Positions 57,401 through 64,000 of a DNA stretch of 64,000 nt are shown here, piece after piece (within the stretch, counting starts at the first letter, position 1; each line of letters opens with the position of its first letter). The notes under the pieces were generated by a model, which saw only the letters and a program-made list of their open reading frames with translations, was not told the origin of the DNA and searched no databases. The DNA lies in assembly GCA_963668625.2 (NCBI GenBank), contig CAXXKA010000001.1, positions 416,001-480,000 of the forward strand, given 5' to 3'. A program made the translations under genes and the position numbers. This stretch comes from an uncultured candidate division Zixibacteria bacterium (lineage in GTDB: Bacteria; Zixibacteria; MSB-5A5; UBA10806; 4484-95).

Positions 57401-57780
57401 TCAATGTAGAGTGGTCGGCATTCGCCAATGACAGGGTAAGAAGCGGTAATTATGATGCTCTTGGTCCCGTGTCTATCGATGATGATCCGGTTGTTTTGCC
57501 TCAGTCATTTAGCTTGAATCAGAACTATCCCAATCCGTTTAACGCCAACACGGTGATTTCTTATAACCTCGATTCGCGTGCCAATGTGTCACTGGATATA
57601 TATGATGTATTAGGCCGCCAGGTTACTATTCTCGAATCCGGCTATCGCGATGCCGGTTTGCATTCAGTTATCTGGAACGGCAAGAACGCGGAGGGTTCGC
57701 TTGTCGCCTCCGGTATCTATTTCTACAAACTTGATACCGGCGAGAAAACCTCTGTTAAGAGAATGATTTACTTAAGATAA
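54478..57780 (+). CDS. Secreted subtilisin-like S8 protease with FG-GAP repeats and C-terminal sorting domain
   Basis: Catalytic D (INDTGV), H (HGTHVAG), N (AAAGND), S (GTSMSSP); repeats D.D.DG..EI; NQNYPNPFN...SGIYFYKL...KRMIYLR. Confidence 0.92.
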   Translation: MRTWLTVVALLLTVSAVSAMDNITALSEVPVSTLDNGALYITDKIVVTMQEGTKPLEMNNMAAGYASTGHENMDMLCQKYKVIKVEPWYAYKVRNEHLRSLVERMYIFTVESGLDAADVKDSFLSCSDVEYSDLYKLPLSSYIPNDPSVSSQWALSAVSAFSAWDLIRGDTTASVVISINDTGVYWTHADLSANMWINGPEDLNDNGVFDNYPESSGGDLNEYDDDGNGFADDVVGFDLGQGDANPQEITPTHGTHVAGCASEVADNGTGGAGTGFWARIHACKITNSAGQLTQGYQGMIYGADTGVDIINLSWGSPGYSSGEQNIINYVYDIGVTVVAAAGNDDNWPIPFTNYPSAYNHVLAVASTDSDDRKSSFSNYGTWVDISAPGSNIYATWAQNSYTSLSGTSMSSPIAAGAAALVKAQNPDATPDQVMNSLIGSTDDIDDLNPSYIGLIGTGRLNMHSALGALNYPNIEILAHQVTIINDDGDDILNPGESVELAVVMQNIWQDATNTVLTLRAPDGITVTDSITNLGTFPGDGEQMDNSADPFALMINDNAAPGDYDLVMQIVADGPYDISREIVLRVSLVMENFPVTLSGAVESSPMICDFDGDGLNEIVVGCNDSRLYAIEANGDICSGFPFEASDDIKNGAAVADIDHDGDSEIVFAAEDGMLYAIDHTGNILSGFPIDTDGSLFGSPSLADLDADGDLEIIIANLQSKEINIYDHDGTTFGEWPYTSDQGWYGGVALGDIDGDDALEIVIAGFDMKLHVFNSDKTEVTGFPVDLDNRVWGTPVIGNLDPSDTELEIVTAAYSGSVYLINHDGSVAANFPIDLDQTIKTSPSLGDFDGDSHPEIAIGTNSGDLYLIDSDGTIFTGYPVELESGISSSPVVADIDNDGSADVIIGNGSSTPAIYAFDSAGQAITNFPVPTQEVGQINGSPAIWDIDADGDLDIVVGVTSSVGNLEVIDYKTNAHNVNVEWSAFANDRVRSGNYDALGPVSIDDDPVVLPQSFSLNQNYPNPFNANTVISYNLDSRANVSLDIYDVLGRQVTILESGYRDAGLHSVIWNGKNAEGSLVASGIYFYKLDTGEKTSVKRMIYLR

Positions 57781-57798
57781 ATAGACTAGGTTGTCTTT

Positions 57799-57829
57799 GC
57801 CCGCTTGCGGTTAAGCAAGCGGGCTTTTT
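57799..57829 (+). terminator. Intrinsic terminator
   Basis: GCCCGCTTGC-ggttaa-GCAAGCGGGCTTTTT. Confidence 0.85.
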
Positions 57830-57943
57830 GTCCATAATGTAAAACCAAGAAAGTATTACGGGCAGGGAATTTGCTTAAATATTAATTGTATAAAGTTGTA
57901 GGTTTTAAGGTTTTTAAGCTTAAGGTGTTAGATGTGTTTTCAC

Positions 57944-57971
57944 TTGACATTTTGAGGTTTATTCGTAAATT
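57944..57971 (+). promoter_or_regulatory. Sigma70 promoter
   Basis: TTGACA-16 bp-TAAATT, implying a leader of about 200 nt. Confidence 0.5.
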
Positions 57972-58186
57972 AATAATAACTGCCCGAACTATAATCTGGC
58001 AATATTGGAAGTGTGAAATGCTGCAGGTAGTTTCAGGGAGAAATACAAACATCATGATTGATTATTACCAATTATATAAACATCAAAAGAGAAATGGTGG
58101 AAATCTGCCTGATTTAAAGGAGGTGAGCAGGTTAAACTAAATCGTTTAAAAGTAGTAAGTAATAAATTTTTTGGAGGAAGTTTTTG

Positions 58187-60052
58187 ATGAGAAAGTTATT
58201 AGTTTTTGCGATCATCATGGTTTTTGCGGTAAGCAGCGTTTATGCTGCCAAGACAAATTTCAGCGAGGACTTTTTACCTCAACCATACGATGATGGCGGA
58301 CCGGATGATTACGGTTATAGCTGGGAAAATAACAATAACGGTGGCGCTCCCGTATACAATTGGGTCGATATCACCGGTGTTGGTACCCTGGTTGAGGGTT
58401 TATTCGACGATAACACGGTCGGTACTTTCGACCTTGGTTTCGATTTCCCTTACTACTGGTATAGTGTTAACAGTACCTATATCGGTTCCAACGGTTTCCT
58501 TTCATTCTCCTCGGCTGAGAGTTATTCTCAGGATTTTGCCCAGATTCCAGCCCGTGACTTACCGAATAATATAGTTGCTCCGTTGGCTTGCGATCTGGAT
58601 TTCACCTCGGCGTATGGCACCAACGAGTGCTATTACTACACCAATAACGTCGATAGTTTCGTGGTTTCCTGGATTGATGTCGCCGAATGGCGTCAGAGCC
58701 CGATAGCCAATACCGAGCATACTTTCCAGGTTATCCTTTGCGCTACCGATTCCTCGATAACTTTCCAGTATGGCCAGCAGGAAGGCGACTGGCAGAATCC
58801 CGATGGCGCTACCTCTATAGGTATCGAAGACCTGGTTGGCGGAACCGGCTTGAGCTATCTGCACAACCTGGCCCCGACAGCTAATGTCCCGACGAACGGC
58901 CTTGTCGTTCGCTTCCATCCCGATCCCGATCCCGAATTCGTATTCGAGGACGTTGGTGTTTTAAGTGTAATGAACAACACTTCAGGCGGTGTATTCAGAG
59001 ATATCAATGCTCCGTTTGTCTTGGGTGCTTATATCCAGAACGCCGGTACTATCGGTGTTGATTCCATCGAGGTTAACTGCAAAGTTAAACGTAGCTACTG
59101 GACAGAATACAACGAGAACGTAACCATCGAACATCTCGATGCAGGTGAAATTTACTTTTTAGAATTCCCGCTGACATATACCCCGGAAGAGATCGAAGTT
59201 CATTCCATCATCATGAAAACCATGATGGCTGATGATTTCTTCTTCAACAATTCCGATACCTGTGAGATGAGAATTTACAACCCGAACGTTTCTCACGATT
59301 TCTCGTATACTGATACCTGTATTGAGTACTCCTCATGGCAGGGTGGCGGTGGCGGTTTCGGTAATGAATTCGTCATGCCGGGGCAGTTCACGGTTACTTC
59401 AATGTCAGCTAACCTGTTGTGTGATGGCACCGATTCATACTGGTTCATCCTGGGCGCCGATGAGAATGGCAATGTCGATGAGACTAATGTCTATTTCTCC
59501 GATACGATCAGTGTTGCTGATACTAACTGGATTACGGTTGACGTACCCGGTGACGTAACCTTTGAGCCCAACGAGAAATTCTTCATGACCGTATTGAGCG
59601 GTGGCGAGGGTCTCTCATTCGGTCAGGACACTTCATGGCCGTTAAGTAATCGTGGCTGGGAGCAGGTTGGTTCCTACACCCCGTCCCGCGATCGTGGTTC
59701 GGATGATATTTGTATGTACGTAACCGGTGTTTGCGAAGGTACTATAGGTATCGATGACAATACCAGCCTTCCGACTAATTTCGCGTTAAACCAGAACTAT
59801 CCTAACCCGTTTAACGCCACTACCGAGATCACATTCAATACTGAGATCACCAGCAATGTTACTTTAGAGGTTTACAACATTGCCGGCCAGAAAATCAAAA
59901 CTCTGGTTGATGGTCAGTATGCCGCCGGTAGCCACAACGTGGTTTGGAACGGTGCGAATGATGCCGGTACTGTCGTTTCCTCCGGTGTCTATTTCTACAA
60001 ACTGAATGTTGACAATCAGAGCGAAACCAGGAAGATGGTATTGATCAAATAA
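58187..60052 (+). CDS. Secreted protein with NIDO-like N-domain, CARDB-like domain and C-terminal sorting domain
   Basis: Signal peptide; GGPDDYGYSW, LGFDFPYY...IGSNGFLSF, IVAPLACDL; NQNYPNPFN...SGVYFYKL...RKMVLIK. Confidence 0.8.
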   Translation: MRKLLVFAIIMVFAVSSVYAAKTNFSEDFLPQPYDDGGPDDYGYSWENNNNGGAPVYNWVDITGVGTLVEGLFDDNTVGTFDLGFDFPYYWYSVNSTYIGSNGFLSFSSAESYSQDFAQIPARDLPNNIVAPLACDLDFTSAYGTNECYYYTNNVDSFVVSWIDVAEWRQSPIANTEHTFQVILCATDSSITFQYGQQEGDWQNPDGATSIGIEDLVGGTGLSYLHNLAPTANVPTNGLVVRFHPDPDPEFVFEDVGVLSVMNNTSGGVFRDINAPFVLGAYIQNAGTIGVDSIEVNCKVKRSYWTEYNENVTIEHLDAGEIYFLEFPLTYTPEEIEVHSIIMKTMMADDFFFNNSDTCEMRIYNPNVSHDFSYTDTCIEYSSWQGGGGGFGNEFVMPGQFTVTSMSANLLCDGTDSYWFILGADENGNVDETNVYFSDTISVADTNWITVDVPGDVTFEPNEKFFMTVLSGGEGLSFGQDTSWPLSNRGWEQVGSYTPSRDRGSDDICMYVTGVCEGTIGIDDNTSLPTNFALNQNYPNPFNATTEITFNTEITSNVTLEVYNIAGQKIKTLVDGQYAAGSHNVVWNGANDAGTVVSSGVYFYKLNVDNQSETRKMVLIK

Positions 60053-60074
60053 GATTATAGAAAGTCTTCTTTGC

Positions 60075-60102
60075 AAAACCCCGTCAACAGGCGGGGTTTT
60101 TT
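60075..60102 (+). terminator. Intrinsic terminator
   Basis: AAAACCCCGTC-aaca-GGCGGGGTTTTTT. Confidence 0.85.
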
Positions 60103-60347
60103 TAATATCTGTTAGAGGAAATATATTGACAACTAGAGAGACGAGGTATATTTTAGCCTATAATCGTTGCAATAAATATGTATTATTTTGCGCAATGAGA
60201 AATTTAAAATAAATTACTGGATTAGGTAGGTTATTTTAATTGAAGTTCTATAACTTATAACCCCACATATGTTAATGACAAACGAACAAAAAGCTTGGAT
60301 AATCAATATAAGTATCAATGGAAATGTAATATGGAGTGTTGTATTTA

Positions 60348-60363
60348 AGGCACATTGTTTGCT
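60348..60363 (+). promoter_or_regulatory. Sigma54-type promoter
   Basis: AGGCAC-ATTGT-TTGCT; upstream TGCA-N7-TGTA-N6-TGCG at 60168-60192. Confidence 0.7.
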
Positions 60364-60447
60364 TGGATTGTTGTGTAGGTAAGTATGGAGAAAGATAACT
60401 TAAAAATCGAATTAATGGATAATTTCAACAAAAAGAATGGAGAGACT

Positions 60448-62130
60448 ATGTACAGGAAAGTAATGTTTAGTATTCTCGCGTTAGTGTTGATGGTTGCCGT
60501 TGCCGGCGCCTCCGACATTTTACCGATTTCTCATCAAGCGATAGACGGCCCGATCGAATACGAGCCTGTGGTATATGATATCGCTGAAGATGTAATTTAT
60601 TACGATGGCGCGCCTTCAGCATATTGGGGTGGCCTAACCGTATCCGGGACAATGTTTGCCACCCGCTTTACCCCGCCTCAGCCGTGCAGTTTATCTTACA
60701 TCCAGATAACCTCTTACAACGGCGCCGGAAACGCCACCATCCATATCATGAGTGATGACGGTGGTAATCCAGATGCCGATCTTATCACCCCGTTTACAGC
60801 TGCCTTAAATGGTAATACCAGCCGCCAGTCAATTAATTTGCCGAATGACATTGATCTTGGCTCAGACGATTTCCATATAGTTGTCGAGTACGTTCAGGCG
60901 CCGCCGCCATTTGTAACAGGTGATAATGATGGTAACACCGAAAACCGTTCGAAATACAAACAACCCAGCGATGTTACCTGGACTCCTCTCGATGGAGATT
61001 TGAATTTCCGCGCTTGGGTTAATTACTATGGTGATGATTTAGTCGGTCCGACCATCAATCATATTCAGCAAGTGTTGGGTTTTGAAGGTGAAGGCCAACA
61101 CCCGATTTCGGCAACAATTACCGATGCTTCCGATGTGGCTGCCGCCAGCATTTTCTATACTGCCGATGGCACGAACTGGAATGAAATTATCATGACAAAT
61201 AGCGCCGGCGATGTTTGGGATGGCGTTATTCCCGGTCAGTCTGCCGGTGATGTAGTATTGTATTATATCAGTTCAACCGACGCCTCCTCCAATAGCAATG
61301 TCAGCTACGAGCCCGAGTCTGCTCCTTCCGTTCCGTATATCATGAATATCGTCGAAGGCGCCGAGATTGCTTATGATGATGGTTCTGTCGATGGTTGGTG
61401 GATTGTTTCCGATGAAGACGATGACAATAAATTCGCTATCAGGATGACACCGTCCGATTACCCTGCTCAGGTATTAATGGCCAGAGCTTACGTTTCTGAT
61501 ACTACTAGATTCGATTTTACCATCAATGAAGTCTCTGCCGGCAATCCCGGTGATGTTCTCCCCGGTGGAGAAGCTGTCGAGGGTCAGAGAGAATCTCATG
61601 GCTGGGCTATCAGCGAATTCAGTAATGGCCCGACCATCGAAAGCGGTCATTTCTACCTCGTATTCAACTGGCGTTCCGCTACTCCGGGTAATCCGGGCGT
61701 TGGCCAGGACACTGACAATGTCTCCTTCCGTTCATCTTGGTATTCAGGAACCAGCGGCTGGAATATGGTCTCTGATGGTGAATACATGATGCGTGTGGTC
61801 GTTTCTACTCCTACCGGTATCAAAGAGCTTGATGCTGACGGTTCTCGTCCTGCCAGCTATGAGTTGGTCGGTAATTACCCGAATCCGTTCAACCCTACTA
61901 CCGATATCAAATTCCTGGCTCCCGAAGCTGGAAATGTCCGTATCGATATCTACAACGTAACCGGTCAGAAAGTGAAAACCGTGCTAGACGAGTATATCGA
62001 TGCCGGTGTGAAAGCGGTTACCTGGGATGGTACCAATAGTAATGGCGCTCAGGTTAATTCCGGTGTTTATTTCTACAAATTAACTGCCGGCGATGTCGTT
62101 CAGACTAACAAAATGGTCTTAATGAAATAA
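60448..62130 (+). CDS. Secreted protein with a duplicated beta-sandwich domain and C-terminal sorting domain
   Basis: RBS GGAG, signal peptide; two Y[YD]DG...W...FA.R[FM]TP domains; GNYPNPFNP...SGVYFYKL...KMVLMK. Confidence 0.8.
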   Translation: MYRKVMFSILALVLMVAVAGASDILPISHQAIDGPIEYEPVVYDIAEDVIYYDGAPSAYWGGLTVSGTMFATRFTPPQPCSLSYIQITSYNGAGNATIHIMSDDGGNPDADLITPFTAALNGNTSRQSINLPNDIDLGSDDFHIVVEYVQAPPPFVTGDNDGNTENRSKYKQPSDVTWTPLDGDLNFRAWVNYYGDDLVGPTINHIQQVLGFEGEGQHPISATITDASDVAAASIFYTADGTNWNEIIMTNSAGDVWDGVIPGQSAGDVVLYYISSTDASSNSNVSYEPESAPSVPYIMNIVEGAEIAYDDGSVDGWWIVSDEDDDNKFAIRMTPSDYPAQVLMARAYVSDTTRFDFTINEVSAGNPGDVLPGGEAVEGQRESHGWAISEFSNGPTIESGHFYLVFNWRSATPGNPGVGQDTDNVSFRSSWYSGTSGWNMVSDGEYMMRVVVSTPTGIKELDADGSRPASYELVGNYPNPFNPTTDIKFLAPEAGNVRIDIYNVTGQKVKTVLDEYIDAGVKAVTWDGTNSNGAQVNSGVYFYKLTAGDVVQTNKMVLMK

Positions 62131-62153
62131 AATATTTCGTATTCGCTAATACG

Positions 62154-62186
62154 TAACCCCCTGTGAAAGCAGGGGGTTATTTTTTT
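62154..62186 (+). terminator. Intrinsic terminator
   Basis: TAACCCCCTGT-gaaa-GCAGGGGGTTATTTTTTT. Confidence 0.85.
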
Positions 62187-62353
62187 GACATTAATTAGAA
62201 TGTATTACTTTATGCCTATTCTATGCATTTGAGTGCATATATTACAGGATTTTATCGTGTGTGGAATCGTTTGCCTGTTAGTTGTTTATTCATAACTTAT
62301 TGATAAATAACATATTAATTATTTACTGTAAATTTTACTTTATAACAAATTAA

Positions 62354-62369
62354 TGGCCTGGCCTTTGCA
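62354..62369 (+). promoter_or_regulatory. Sigma54-type promoter
   Basis: TGGCCT-GGCCT-TTGCA; perfect IHF consensus at 62293-62305 (TATCAATAAGTTA on the minus strand); TGCC-N7-TGCA-N6-TGCA at 62213-62237. Confidence 0.75.
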
Positions 62370-62396
62370 ATATTAAGACGTAAAATGGAGATTCTG

Positions 62397-64000
62397 ATGA
62401 AGATAAGATTGATAAGTTCTATATTATTCATACTCATGGGCTTCTCAAACATATTGGCCTCCGATATCCCTGAGTTTTTATTAGATGCTAAAGGTGAGGT
62501 TGAGGCAATCCTGAAAATAAAGGAAAGCAATAGTGGTCTCGCCAGATTGAATACTCTCCAGGCAGCAAATATACCATTTGCCCAGAAGCGCGAAAGTATG
62601 CAGCGATTAATGGTAAACAAAGCCTCCGAAAGCCAGAGAAATATTGTTGATGAAATAAATTTAGCCGGTGATAATATAGCCGAATATAAGTCTTTCTGGA
62701 TTACCAATGCAATATATGTAAAGGGCGATGCCGATTATATCCGCAATTTGATTGAGAACGAAGATGTCGAATTTGCCTTCGAGAATCTAGATTTAGTGCT
62801 GGTCGAGCCGGTGTTTTCAGAGGATGCTGAGGATGCCAATGAGGGCATAGAGCCTGGTTTAGCGGTTATAGGTGTTCGTGATGCCTGGCGTATGGGATTA
62901 ACCGGTAAAGGCAGACTGGTATGTAATTTCGATACCGGCGTTGACGGTACGCATGAAGCGTTGCAGGCCTCCTGGCGCGGCGCTAATGGTGGCAGCGTTT
63001 CAGAAAGCTGGTTTGATCCTTATACCAGTACCGATTTCCCGACCGATAGTCGCGGCCATGGCACACACACTATGGGTACGATGGTTGGTGTAGATGGCGC
63101 CGATACTATCGGTGTTGCCTACGAGGCCCAGTGGATAGCGGCTGGTGTGGTTGACAGAGGCGGTAGTATAGAACGTACGATATCTGACATTATCTCTGCT
63201 TTCGAGTGGGCCGTCGATCCTGACGGTAATCCTGGTACCAGCGATGACGTGCCGGACGTAGTGAACAACTCCTGGGGCGTGCCCTCAGGGCTGTATGGTC
63301 CCTGTGACGATACTTTCTGGGATGCCATAGATAACCTCGAGGCGCTGGGTGTTGTTTGCCTGTTTGCCGCCGGTAATGAAGGGCCTACGCCATCCTCGAT
63401 ACGGACGCCTGCCGATAGGATTACTACCCAGTTTAACTCATTTGCCATAGGCGCTGTTGATGGCGCTACCATGAATGTCTCGAGCTTTTCCTCGCGTGGA
63501 CCCTCCGGTTGTGACGGTATCACTATTAAGCCGGAAATTACCGCTCCCGGTTCGGGGATTCGTTCAAGCATAAATGGCGGCGGTTACGCTTATAAATCCG
63601 GTACCTCGATGGCTACACCGCATGTCGCCGGAGCGGTAGCGATATTAAAGCAGTTCAATCCTGATGCTACGGTTAATCAAATCAAGAACGCTCTTATTCA
63701 GGGAGCCGTTGATATGGGCGCCGAGGGGCAGGATAACGATTATGGTTATGGCGTTTTGAATATCAAGAATTCGATTTATCATATGCCTGCGCCGACTCAT
63801 CCGTTCATTAATATCCTGAATGTAAATATTAGCGACAGCCAGAACGGCGTGGCCGAACCGGGCGAATCGTTCAGCTTGCAGCTAAGTGTCGAAAATCTCG
63901 GTCAAACCGGTAATGTCAGCGCTTCCGTTAGGGCAATCGATGCCGGCGTGATTATTATGGAAAGTAACGCCGGGCTGGGCGTGATAATGCACCGGGATAC
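62397..64000 (+). CDS. Secreted S8 protease (bacillopeptidase F-like), 3'-truncated by the window edge and absent from the ORF track
   Basis: MKIRLISSILFILMGFSNILA signal; FWITNAI propeptide; NFDTGVDGTH, GHGTHTMGTMVG, NNSWG, FAAGNEG, SSRGP, GTSMATPHVAG. Confidence 0.92.
   Translation, partial: MKIRLISSILFILMGFSNILASDIPEFLLDAKGEVEAILKIKESNSGLARLNTLQAANIPFAQKRESMQRLMVNKASESQRNIVDEINLAGDNIAEYKSFWITNAIYVKGDADYIRNLIENEDVEFAFENLDLVLVEPVFSEDAEDANEGIEPGLAVIGVRDAWRMGLTGKGRLVCNFDTGVDGTHEALQASWRGANGGSVSESWFDPYTSTDFPTDSRGHGTHTMGTMVGVDGADTIGVAYEAQWIAAGVVDRGGSIERTISDIISAFEWAVDPDGNPGTSDDVPDVVNNSWGVPSGLYGPCDDTFWDAIDNLEALGVVCLFAAGNEGPTPSSIRTPADRITTQFNSFAIGAVDGATMNVSSFSSRGPSGCDGITIKPEITAPGSGIRSSINGGGYAYKSGTSMATPHVAGAVAILKQFNPDATVNQIKNALIQGAVDMGAEGQDNDYGYGVLNIKNSIYHMPAPTHPFINILNVNISDSQNGVAEPGESFSLQLSVENLGQTGNVSASVRAIDAGVIIMESNAGLGVIMHRD

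Noticed and set aside
57995-58050. c-di-GMP-II riboswitch (GGAAG...TGAA seen)
   Set aside because: No GGGCAC/GTGCAACC pseudoknot elements.
62315-63571. Minus-strand ORFs 62315-62707 and 63119-63571, and similar antisense ORFs throughout the track
   Set aside because: Antisense shadows of well-supported genes, here the truncated S8 protease.

Overview
A 64-kb bacterial chromosomal segment of moderate GC with AT-rich intergenic regions. The secreted-protein repertoire (YPNPFN-type C-terminal sorting domains, 'DVTYLVNYFRG' dockerin-like domains, alternative GlmU-like protein) points to the FCB superphylum, most likely Zixibacteria; this is an inference. In order, the window holds: the end of a Wzy-type polysaccharide export locus (wza, split wzc with an interposed TPR gene, priming sugar transferase); a deleted secreted-protein pseudogene and an AT-richer secreted protein; a PEGA/FN3-lipoprotein pair; a PrsK/PrsR-like sigma54 two-component system next to two tandem type IV pilins, pilD and an orphan PAS kinase; tldD/pmbA; HDOD, DUF1573, cystathionine beta-synthase-like and queuosine-transporter genes; purD-purE-lemA-glmU-like-galT-glgA; tRNA-Gly(GCC); two cysteine proteases; a eukaryote-type citrate synthase; a beta-roll fibre gene with a small dockerin-bearing partner; an FG-GAP/cohesin-like/dockerin protein; a ferredoxin plus geranylgeranyl reductase; rpsT, murJ, a GIY-YIG-like gene and waaF; a GT-C/TPR glycosyltransferase; and four tandem secreted proteins, two of them S8 proteases. 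The most interesting signals are: (1) a putative fibre-plus-adaptor surface display system using a cysteine-rich variant dockerin; (2) a shared TGCA-N7-TGCA-N6-TGCA element upstream of three sigma54-type promoters, linking polysaccharide synthesis to secreted proteins; (3) PrsK/PrsR apparently redeployed to pili; (4) an archaeal-style ferredoxin-GGR pair. Several REP families, a MITE, a candidate sRNA and an exact 134-bp tandem duplication are also present. All calls come from reading motifs by eye; no database searches were run.
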